DNA of 20,000 nucleotides from Chiloscyllium plagiosum. Lineage: Eukaryota. The stretch lies in the NCBI RefSeq assembly GCF_004010195.1, contig NC_057711.1, forward strand, positions 80,993,394 through 81,013,393, read 5' to 3'. Below the pieces are notes generated by a model. It was not told the origin of the DNA. It did no database searches and worked only from the letters and a program-made list of their open reading frames with translations. The position numbers and the translations under genes were made by a program. Shown one piece after another: positions 1-9,182 of this stretch (position 1 is the stretch's first letter; every line of letters begins with the position of its first letter).

Positions 1-589
1 AGTGACCACCACACAGCCCTTGTGGAGATGAAGTTGAGTCTTCACATTGAGAATAACCTCCATTGTGTTGTGTGGCACTATCACTGTACTAAATGGGACA
101 GACTTCAAACAGATCTAACTACTCAAGACTGGACATCCATGAAACGCTGTGGCTATCAACAGCAGCAGAATTGATTTCCAGCAAAATCTGTAAACTCATG
201 GCCTGGTACACCTCTGAATCAACCATTACCAGGAGATCATCCCTGGTTCAGTGGAGAGTGCAAGAGGGCATGTCAGGAGCAGCACCAGGCATACCTCAAA
301 CTGAGTTGTCAACCTGGTGAAACTACCAAAGAGGACTACATGCATACTGAACAGCATAAGCAGCAACTGATAGACAGAGCTAAGTGATCCCACAACCAAT
401 GAACCAGATCTAAGCTATGCAGTCCTAACACATCCAGTCATGCATAATGGTTATATAGTGGAATTGTGGGAATAGTGGAATTAAACAATTCAACTGCAGG
501 TGGAGGCTCCACAAATATCCACATCCTCAGTTATAGAAAAGCCCAGCACACCAGTATAAGAGATAAAGCTGAAGCATTCACAACAATCT
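1..589 (+). mobile_element. CR1-group (CR1/L2-like) LINE, ORF2 fragment from the end of the APE endonuclease into the EN-RT linker; decayed
   Basis: Position 1 translates SDHHTALVEMK (SDH is the terminal APE-endonuclease motif). PWF linker motif at 241-249. TAGGGSTNIHIL...DKAEAFTTI just before the Penelope insertion. Many stops and frameshifts. Continues at 3176. Confidence 0.8.
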
Positions 590-770
590 GGAAAAGCACA
601 GTAGGTCAGACAGCATCCGAGGAGAAGGAGAATCAACGTTTTGGGCATAAGCCCTTCATCAGGAATGAGGCTTGTGGATTGCGGCTGAGAGATAAATGGG
701 AGGAGAGTGGAGTTGGGGGTAAGGTATCTGGGAAAGCAATAGTTGGATGAAGGTGATAGGTCAGAGGGGG
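588..770 (-). repeat. Penelope pseudo-LTR, 3' copy
   Basis: CTGGAAAAGCACAG...GCATCCGAGGAG...GGGCATAAGCCCTTCATCAGGAATGAGGCTTGTGG...AAGGTGATAGGTCAGAG is a diverged direct repeat of 2727-2913. Confidence 0.88.
630..666 (-). ncRNA. Minimal type-I hammerhead ribozyme motif, degenerate (GAAA to AAAA)
   Basis: Minus strand reads ATTC-CTGATGA-A-GGGC-TTAT-GCCC-AAAA-CGTT-GATTC. Confidence 0.65.
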
Positions 771-789
771 CAGTGATGGATGGGTCCGG

Positions 790-2700
790 AGGGCGGTGCC
801 GAGTTGGAGGCTTGGGACTGGGATAATGTGGGAGGAGGAGAAATTAGGAAGCTGTTGAAATCCACATTTATCCCTTGTGGTTGCAAGGTCCCAAGGCGGA
901 ATATGAGATTTTCTTCCTCCAGGTGTCAGGTGGTTTGGCAGTGGAGGAGGCCCAGGACCTTCATGTCCTTGACAGAGTGGGAGGAGGAGTTGAAGTGTTA
1001 AGCCATGGGGCAGTGGGGTTGGTGGGTGCGGGTGTCCCAGAGATATACTCTGAAATGATCCGCAAGAAGGCGTCCTGTATCCCCAGTGTAGAGGAGACCA
1101 CACAGGGTGCAACAGATGCTGTAGATGACATTGGTAGAGGTACAGATAAATTTCTGATGTGGAAGGATTCCTTGCAGCCTTGGAAGGAGATAAGGGGAGT
1201 GGTGTGGGCCCAGGTTTTGCACTTCCTGCAGTGACAGGGAAAGGTGCAAGGAGTGGGGTGTGGGCTATTAGGGGTGTGGACCTGACGAGGGAGTCGCAGA
1301 GGGAATGGTCTCTCTGGAATGCTGATTGGGGTGGGAAGGGAAATATATCTCTGGTGGGAGGGTCCATTTGGAGGTGGCAGAAGTGGTGGAGGATGATGTG
1401 TTGTATGCAGAGGTTCGTGGGGTGGAAGGTGAGGACGGGGGTGTTCTGTCCTTGTTGCATTGGGAGGCATGTGCTTTAAGGACAGTGGTGCATGAAGTGG
1501 AGGAGATGTGCTGAAGGGCATCATCAACCACGTGGGAAGGGAAATTGTGATCTTGGAAGAAGGAGGCCATCTTGGACTTTCTGAGGTGGAATTGGTCATT
1601 CTGAGAACAGATGCGGCAGAAGCGGAGGAATTGGGAATAAGGAATGCCGTTTTTTGCAGGAGGTAGGGTAATCGAGAGGTCCAGGAAGGCGAGGGAGGTT
1701 TCTGAGATGGTCCAGGTGAATTTGAGGTCGAGGTGGAAGATATTGGTAAAGGTGATGAACTGTTCAACCTCCTCGTGATACAGTCGCTGATCTAGCAGAG
1801 GAACACATGCAGGGTGGTGCAGTGTAACTGCAGAAGTTGGACTGTTCCACATATCCACCAAAAAGGCAGGCTTGGCTATGTCCCATGTGGGTGTCTTTGT
1901 CTACCCCTTTGGTTTGGAGGAAGGGGGAGGATTGGAAGGAAAATTGTTGAGCTAGGCGGATGAGGGTGTCGGTGGAAGGGTACTGGTTGGGACAGCGTGA
2001 GTGGAAGAAACAGAAGGCTTGGAGTCCTTCATCATGGTGGATGGATGTGTACAGGGACTGGATGTCCATAGTGAAGATGAGGTGTTGGGGGCTGACGAAA
2101 CGAAAATCTTTAGGAGGTGAAGGACATGGGTGGTGTCATGAACATAGGTGGGGAATTCCTGGACTAAGGGGGACAGGATGGTGTCAAGGTAGGAAGTGAT
2201 GAGTTCAGTGGGACAGGTGCAGGCTGAGACAATGGGTCGATCAGGGCAGTCAGGTTTGTGAATCTTAGGAAGGAGGTAGGATCGGGCAGTGCAGGGTTCA
2301 TGGACAATGAGGTTAGAGGCTATGGGTGGGAGATCCCGAGAGGTGATGAGGTTGTGGATAGTCTGAGAGATGATGTTTTGGTGATAGGGGGTGAGGTCAT
2401 GATCAAGGTGGCAGTAGGAGGAGGTGTCTGCAAGTTGGCACCTGGCTTCAGCAGTGTAGAGGTCTGTGTGCCACACTACTATTGTGCCCCCCCCTTGTCT
2501 TTGGGTTTGATGGTGAGGTTGGGGTTGGAGCGGAGGGAGTGGAGGGCTGCGCATTGCGAGGGCAAGAGGTTGGAATGGGTGAGGCAGTTGGACAGGATGA
2601 AGCTGGCAGTTTGAAATGAAGAGGTGGGGGGAGGGGGTAACAGGCCAGCATAGGAGGTCCAGGTGAATGGGGTGTGTTGGAGACGGGAGAAGGTGTCCTC
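790..2700 (-). pseudogene. Penelope RT + GIY-YIG endonuclease polyprotein, disrupted
   Basis: ORF pieces 1952-2752, 1764-2069, 1268-1861, 961-1767 and 998-1249 tile RT, linker and GIY-YIG in the expected order. The catalytic RYIDD position reads C*ISD (~1782-1796). Boundaries are approximate. Confidence 0.88.
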
Positions 2701-2765
2701 GGTAGCTCAGAGTCAAGTGTGTAGTGCTGGAAAAACACAGGTCAGTCAGCATGCGAGGAGCAGGA

Positions 2766-2802
2766 GAATCGATGTTTTGGGCATAAGTCCTTAATCAGGA
2801 AT
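2766..2802 (-). ncRNA. Hammerhead ribozyme motif, strongly degenerate copy
   Basis: Minus strand reads ATTC-CTGATTA-A-GGAC-TTAT-GCCC-AAAA-CATC-GATTC, with core mutations in both catalytic boxes. Confidence 0.55.
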
Positions 2803-3047
2803 GAGGCTTGTGGGTCAGGGCTGAGAAATAAATGGGAGAGGGTTGGGGTTGGGGGGAGGTAGCCTGGAAAGTGATAGGTGTGTGAAGGTGAGGGAGAAGG
2901 TGATAGGTCAGAGGCTCAGAGTCGAGAGTGTAGTGCTCTGAGCTATCACCTTCTCCCTCACCTTCATCCACCTATCACTTCCCCAGGAAACTTACCCCGA
3001 AACTCACCACCCTCCAATTTATCTTTCAGCCCCGACCCACAAGCCTC

Positions 3048-3084
3048 ATTCCTGATGAAGGGCTTATGCCCGAAATGTCGATTC
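3048..3084 (+). ncRNA. Minimal type-I hammerhead ribozyme motif, best-preserved copy
   Basis: ATTC, CTGATGA (3052-3058), A, stem II GGGC/TTAT/GCCC, GAAA (3072-3075), T, GTC (3077-3079, putative cleavage triplet), GATTC. Minimal hammerheads in Penelope pLTRs are an established feature. Confidence 0.78.
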
Positions 3085-3175
3085 GCCTACTCCTCGGATG
3101 CTGACTGGCCTGCTGTGGTTTTCCAGCACCACCCTCTTGACTCTGAGCTCCAGCATCTGCAGTCCTCACTTTCTC

Positions 3176-3914
3176 CACAGCAATCTTCAGTCAGAGTGAA
3201 TGATCCATCTCAGCTTCCTCCAGGTGTCTTCAGCCAATTCAATTCACTCCATGTGATATCAAGAAATGGCCGGAGGCATTAGAAAATGCAAAGTGGTTCA
3301 CAGCGGCTGCAGGAGCAGGTCAGAGGCAAGGAATACTATGGTGATTAACTCACTTCCTGGCTTCCCAAACCCTATCCAGTACCTTCAAGGCACAAGTCAG
3401 GAGTGTAATAAAATTCTCCCCACTTTCCTGGAAAGGTACAGCTCCACTAACTCTCAAGATGCTTGATACTATCCAGGGCAAAGCATCCTATTTGATTGAT
3501 ACCATATTCACAAGCATCTACTCCCTCCATCACCATTGCTCAGGAGCAGCAGTGTGCACTATCTACAAAATGCACAATAGAAATTTGCCAAACATCCTCA
3601 GACAGCATCTTCCAAACTTGCAACCATTTCTATGTTGAAGGATAAGGGCCTTAGATATATGGAAACACCACCATCTTCAAGTTCCCCTCCAAGCCACTCA
3701 CCATTCTGACTTGGAAATATATTTCCGCTACTTTACTGTCACTGGGTCAAAATCATGGAATTCCCTCCCTAAGGGCATTGTGGGTCAACCTACAACACAT
3801 GTACTACAACAGTTCAAGAAGTCAACTCACCAGCAACTTCTCAAGGGCATTTAGGAACAGTCAATAAATATTAGCCAATCAGCAAAGCCCACATTCCACA
3901 AATGAATTTTAAAA
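3176..3914 (+). mobile_element. CR1-group LINE, continuation of 1-589: linker, internal deletion, C-terminal region and 3' tail
   Basis: Resumes with AIFSQ...DPSQLPP...FTPCDIKKW.EALENAK. It then jumps to post-RT sequence (AGQR, KAQVRSV, WNSLP at 3756-3770) and ends with AATAAA and an AT-rich tail. Confidence 0.8.
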
Positions 3915-4082
3915 GAATTGTCAATATTGCAGTTTGTTATGGGGCTCATCAATAGCTCTTCCGACTGGAGGTGTCCCTAAACTCTGGCCCTGCAGCAGCT
4001 GTGAGCTACTTTGTAGCACTGCCTTGAATGGCCTCATGGTGTCTGCTGTCTTGAATTAAAGATAATGTGAATGTTATTCCTG

Positions 4083-4148
4083 GTGAGATGGAACTTGAAT
4101 CTGGACTGTATAGTCCCGAGGTAGGCACACTACCACCACACCACAAGA
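4083..4148 (-). mobile_element. tRNA-derived SINE head remnant
   Basis: Minus strand TCTTGTGGTGTGGTGGTAGTGTGCC...CCAGATTCAAGTTCCA has an A-box-like and a degenerate B-box-like motif at tRNA-like spacing. Confidence 0.5.
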
Positions 4149-4187
4149 ACTTTCTTGAAATTTCAAATATTTAAATAATTGACTCAC

Positions 4188-4360
4188 CTGTTGATTATTT
4201 GGCATGAAAAATTGAAACCAGGCACAGGAGTACACAAACAAACCATATTTCAGGCAGCAGTTTTTGATCAGAGTAAAGAAAAGAACAATGGACTTATCAT
4301 AGTGAAACTGGATGGCTTGCTTCCTTCCTCTTTGATCTTTCTCTTAACTTTTTACAATGT
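4188..4360 (-). other. Candidate exon (173 nt) of an unidentified host transcript
   Basis: Acceptor TTTCTCCATTTTCACCTTTTCACCAG| at 4361 and consensus donor CAG|GTGAGT at 4187, in unique sequence. All frames contain stops. An ATG in good Kozak context (aatATGg, 4246) opens MVCLCTPVPGFNFSCQIIN up to the donor. Confidence 0.45.
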
Positions 4361-4724
4361 CTGGTGAAAAGGTGAAAATGGAGAAACATCCATTGACAAA
4401 CTTATCTACAAATTTCACTACTACAGAGGATACCAGTCATCAATTAAACAATCATGGTCTCAGGTTAACCAAACACCTCTAAGGACCTTTCCAACAACAT
4501 ATTCTTGAGCTTTTTTTTTTATTCTAGATGCTCTCCCTTTTTAAAAAATTATACCAATGTTGGGAATCATGTTTCACTACTTTTCTTAAGGCTCGAAAGA
4601 AACTAAGTTCCTCTTTCGTTCAATTGAGAAAAGCTTATTATCAGCTCCTTCATTTTGAATGAACAAACTGAATTTTTATGGATGTGCAATATAACAGTGT
4701 GCCAAAAGCAATTAAAATTGTTAC

Positions 4725-4873
4725 AGCCAATGGAGGGAGTTAAAAAGAGAGGAACTGACTCCCCGCCTCCTCGCCTGATCTTAACAAGGCTAACTTGTTA
4801 TGTTTTATTGATGCCATCACTTTCTCAATATCAATTTGAAAAATCAGGAAACCTGTGATTACAGCTATTTAAA
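4725..4873. promoter_or_regulatory. Promoter-like motif cluster (CCAAT box, GC box, TATA-like)
   Basis: AGCCAATGG at 4725-4733, CCCCGCCTCC at 4761-4770 and TATTTAAA at 4866-4873, in AT-rich unique DNA. Confidence 0.3.
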
Positions 4874-5559
4874 AGGCAGCATCTCAATTAAGCACGAACA
4901 CAAAAAGTAGTAACACTAGTCCACTATCTTAAAAATGGAAATCTAATTGATTTAGTATGAAAGGCTTGATTAGCATGATTCCGTATATAGAATACACATG
5001 AATATACAACTGCAGCTGATCATAACAGAACTTGAATAATTTCATTTTTCTAGAACCACTGACTAGTACTCCACCAAGTTCCAAGGAATGGTAATTACTG
5101 CTCAAAATGTTAATGTCCTGCCTGTTCCAAGACATCAATACAGAGCAATATTAAATTTCAATACATTTTAGATATTTCAGTCATGGTCAGAAACTCTGTA
5201 CCCATGTATCTTTGGCTGTCTTTTGTTTAAAATATACTTTTATTGAAAAAAGGGAAATAAGTTATTTTTTTCAAATATTACAACAAATACAAAACCAAAC
5301 AATTTAAACCGATGTTAAAAAACAAACCCACTAATTACATAGACAAATAAATAATAACTAATAGCTAAGCAAAAAAGGGAAATCTTATTAGTAATAATAA
5401 TAATAGCAATAACACAACTCAACAAAACAAAGCAATAGCCCTCGATCGTCAAGTGCCTAAGTTTATACATATTCATATGTTTGTAGTTCCTCCTCTCTGG
5501 ATACCAGATTCATTACATAGAATTGCCATGGCAATATAAAGGCTCTTATTAGTATGGTG

Positions 5560-8549
5560 GACAAATCTGTACCAAGGTAGTCCAAAAAGGGCCACCACGC
5601 CTTATAAATATTCCCAGTTTTATGGTGCACCATACTCGTCAGAAATTCCAAAGGGATATGCTCCATGACTAGCTTACGCCAGCCACCACCCCTCCTAATA
5701 GAATGTTCTTTCTTGAACAAAAAGTGTGGATACTGAAAAGTCTTTTTTGTGTGCATCTAATGAAAGAGAATTAACAAAGCCAAGAAGAAGAAATACCGGG
5801 TCCATCTCCACCTCTGATCCCCAAGGCCTTCTCTATTTTGCCTACCACAGCACTCCAGTATGCCTGCAGTCTGTGGCAGGACCAAAGACAATGAGTAAGC
5901 ATGCCCATGCTCATTCTACATTTAGGACACATTGGAGATGCTCCTGCTTTAAATTTCGTGAGGTGGTCAGGGGCCAAATGGACCCTGTGGAGAATCTTCA
6001 ATTGCAAAGTGAGGGTCCTGTTGCAAATCAAGATCCTTCTTGCATTTTTCCAGATATCCTCCCATATTTCAGAAGATATCTCAATGTCCAACTCCCTCTC
6101 CCATACCTTACAGAGCCATTCGGTCTTGTCCGAGGGACCCTGTCCCAATAGGTGATAAGGGTTATTAACAAATAACGTATCCTCAGCGCTCAACACCCTC
6201 TTCTCCATGTCAGACCTATGAGAATCAGTTAGAAGTATGGTCTCTTTTTGTATGATATTTCTTATTTGAAAAAAGTGAAAGCTGTCCCTACTGGGCAACT
6301 CATATTTCCAAGCCAGCTGGTGATAGGACATCAATATGTCCCCTTCGAATAAATCACCCAGGCAAAACACACCCCTAACTGCCCACAATTCAAACCCTGA
6401 GTCCATCATCCCTGGCTGAAAACCTGACGTACCAACTATGGATGTCAAAAAAGATGTCTTGGCAATATTGCCCTTACCCTGACGCATTGCACTCCACACC
6501 TTGACAGTATTGATGACTATTGGGCTATGGCAACATTCTTTAACTGTTCTCATTTTGTCTAAGTACAGCAGGCTAATAAGGGGACATCTTGCCTGAGATG
6601 CTTCGATATCCAACCAAAGAGAGAGTGAGGGTCCCCCCAGGCCCAATCATTCACGTATGATAGCAATGAGCGGAACTGATAGTTTTGGATATCGGAGAGG
6701 TCCACTCCTCCCAGTCTGTAAGGGAACCGCAATTTAATCAATTTAATTAGGGGCTGCTTGTGATACCAGATAAAAGAACTGAATCAGCCATTAGGTCTTC
6801 TAAATATTTGCTTAGTAAAAGGCTGAGGAAGCATTTGCATGGGATACAACAGGTGGGGCTGTTTATTTTAATGAGGGCTATCCGACCCTACCAAGAGATT
6901 GGAAGTGCCTCCCATCTATGTAAGTCTTGCTTGATTCTGAGCAAAATTGGTTTTAATTAGCCGATCAAAAATGGGAGTAATAAATATACCTAAGTAGAGA
7001 AAGCCCTCCTGCGACCATCTAAAGGGGAACTGAGATCTGTCCTCAGGATCAGGCACTCTCTGGAGACCACCTATGGGCATGGCCTTTGATTGCACAAAGT
7101 TGATCTGATAACCCATGAAGCCACCAAATAAGTTGATGCATTATATCAGGTGTGGCACTGAGACTGTTGAGTTTGCTAAGAAGTCAAGAACGTCATCCAT
7201 ATACAATGCGATCTTATGTGACTTCGTCCCTACTTCTGGAGTTGTTATATTAGGATTATATTGCCTCCACCCGTGGTTCGATCACCAATGTGAAAAGTAA
7301 CGGTGACAAGTGACAACCCCATCGACTGTCCCTACAAATATTGAAATTGCTAGACCGCACACCATTGGTGAGGACCGTGGTAAGAGGATCACAAAACCTG
7401 CAGCCACCTGATGAAGGCCTCACCATGACCAAACCACTTTAAAGTATAAAAAAGATATTCAACCTGTCAAATGACTTTTCCGCAACTAAGGCGATCACCT
7501 GTAACCTCCTGACATTATCTGACGATCTGCGACCTTTTACGAACCCCCGTCTGGTGCTCCTTAATGATGGAGGCCAGTACAGTTTCTAGCCTTAATGCCA
7601 GAGTCTTAGATAGGAGTTTGAAGTTGACATTCAGGAGTGAAATGGGCCTACAGGAAGCACAGTTTTCTGGGGCCTTCCCTTTTTTAAGAATGAGAGAGAT
7701 GTCTGCCTCCTTTAGAGATGGTGGGAGGAGGCCACGACTATGTGAGTCATTAAACATACTAAGCATTGGCCTTGACAATATACTTATAAATTCTTATGGA
7801 ACTCACTGGGGAGCCCGTCAGGACCTGGTGCCTTTCCATTCTGGAGCTGCCTCCCAGCCTCCTGCACCTCTTGTTCTGACAATGGGACATTGAGGAGAGC
7901 CTCTTGCTCAGTGGTCATTCCAAGAAGGTCAAAATTCTTTTTAAAAAGACTCCATCCTAACTCACCCACCCTCACAGCTTTCAGCTTGGTACAGTTCAGA
8001 GTAAAATTTCCAAAATGCTGTACTAATCCTTTTAGAATCATGGGTTAAACTTCCAGTGTCCTCCCTGATTGAGGTAATGGCTTGGGGGTGTCGGGGAGGA
8101 AGAAGGTGGGCACTCCTTTTCCTGTCAAGATACACTACGTACTTGCCTGGCCTATCCCCATGCTCAAACAACCTTTGACTTGCAAATGTAAACTCCCTTT
8201 TGGCTGTCTGTGAAGGCATGGAGTTCAGCGTCGACTGAAGAGCTGTGATCCTCTGCAGTTTAGCCAGCGAGGGCTTTTCAAAGTATGCCTTTTCAGCTAC
8301 TTTCAGTCGAGCAAGCATCACTGCTCACCCATCTGTCGCTTCTTATTGGCTGAATAGGAGATAACCAACCCCCTAACATAGGCTTTAGCAGTTTCCTAGA
8401 GAAAGAATGGGCTATTGGCCGAGACTGAATTAATGTCTATAAAAGCTCTGAACTCAGCAGAAAAGAATTCGATAAACATGTTATCCTTGAGGATGAAGGG
8501 GTCCAAATCGCCAGTACCTTGAGCCTACCACAGTATCCTTACTCTTAAC
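5560..8549 (-). pseudogene. L1 ORF2 (RT + C-terminal CCHC), endonuclease domain missing, frameshifted
   Basis: ORF pieces 7962-8321, 7784-8041, 7515-7778, 6916-7116, 6559-6741, 5771-6646 and 5463-5756 follow L1 ORF2 order. The lower boundary is approximate. Confidence 0.85.
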
Positions 8550-8881
8550 CAGGTTCTTTCTTCTGTCTCTGTTTTTGAGATCATCTACCAGATCTAAGAG
8601 ACCATGGAGTGCTTCAATCCGGCTCTTGGAGGAGTCAGTTTCTATGTCCAGCCCTGAAGCCTGGCGCTCAAGCTCATTGGTCCTTTTTCCGAGGTCGTGC
8701 AGCCTAGCAGATACAGGAGTCAGCTTCTCTTTGATTTTTTTTTCCCTGGATCTGCTTCCCCAGGACTTTGTGAGATTTGGCTAGCTCCTCAACCAGGGTC
8801 TGGTGAGTAAGCAAGCCTGCTGTTTCAGTGGGCTGGGCCATGGCCCTGGTCCTGGAGGAGGCTCCTCCTTTTTTTTGGCAT
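8550..8881 (-). pseudogene. L1 ORF1 N-terminal/coiled-coil fragment
   Basis: ATG CCA AAA AAA AGG (basic N-terminus) at ~8881, coiled-coil-like LHDLGKRTNELERQ...IEAL...LLDLVDDLKNRDRRKNL, matching the L1 ORF1 DLENRSRRNNL motif. Confidence 0.7.
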
Positions 8882-9039
8882 TCTCCAGCTGCAAGAATAA
8901 AGATAAGTCACTTTTTTTCAGGTTTCTGGTTCCTTCATTGTGTTTTTACTCACAGTAAAGTGAATGGGATGGGTTCTAGCTCTGTCAGGTCAATGTTTTG
9001 TGGCACGGAGCCCAGCAAACATGATCCTAACAGGATGTT

Positions 9040-9048
9040 GCCATCTTG
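9040..9048 (-). promoter_or_regulatory. YY1-like motif at the L1 5' end
   Basis: Minus strand CAAGATGGC lies about 10 nt inside the 5' terminus, the same position as the YY1 site of mammalian L1 promoters. Confidence 0.55.
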
Positions 9049-9182
9049 GATTCCCTCTTGGTTGTCTTTTTAACAAGACATTCCTGCTCAGGGGCTTTCT
9101 GCTCTGAACCTATCCACATGTTCAACAGCAAGGAAATACTTCAGAAAAATCATGCTCCCTTTTGCAGCACTTAGTATGCCAT

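Larger units (their letters stand above)
2704..3149. repeat. Long inverted repeat (pLTR 2704-2913 / inverted pLTR 2936-3149) with a 22-nt spacer
   Basis: AGCTCAGAG (2704) pairs with CTCTGAGCT (3141-3149), and TCAGAG (2908-2913) pairs with CTCTGA (2936-2941). The arms are complementary throughout, with scattered mismatches. Confidence 0.92.
590..3175 (-). mobile_element. Penelope-like retroelement (probably Neptune-type), 5'-truncated and decayed, with pseudo-LTRs
   Basis: Frameshifted minus-strand fragments carry PLE RT motifs (GGTIVVWHTDLYTAEARCQLAD, YLLPKIHKPDCPDRPIVS, MDIQSLYTSI, LQTKGV..TH.GHS.ACLF, FLDLSI, IPYSQFLR..RICS), a Cys linker (PCHCRKCKT) and a GIY-YIG domain (NVIYSICCTLCGLLYTGDTGR). 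Terminal repeats are present, and the flanks carry CACAACAATCT / CACAGCAATCT. Confidence 0.92.
5225..9057 (-). mobile_element. L1-clade LINE with both termini and a large internal deletion; decayed
   Basis: ORF1 motif DDLKNRDRRKNL. ORF2 motifs YWRF, ETAKAYVRG, KAPGPDGLPSEF, CRPISLLNVNFKLLSK, LSPLLF, LYMDD (7192-7203), YLGIFI, LGGVDL and C-terminal CPKC-x8-HCLWSC. AATAAA and an A-rich tail at ~5225-5244. TSD TTGGCTGTCTTTT (5212-5224) / TTGGTTGTCTTTT (9058-9070). Confidence 0.92.

Noticed and set aside
466..3282. Many overlapping ORFs on both strands, including Pro/Ser-rich 268-275 aa ORFs
   Set aside because: These are alternative or antisense frames of the purine-skewed Penelope element, not independent genes.
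4188..4343. Frame reading ...IKNCCLKYGLFVYSCAW..., reminiscent of the tetraspanin CxKY motif
   Set aside because: It is preceded by an in-frame stop with no ATG or acceptor before the motif, and no full transmembrane helix follows.
5726..9073. Plus-strand ORFs (141, 109, 84, 81 aa)
   Set aside because: They are antisense to L1 ORF1/ORF2 and carry no independent signals.
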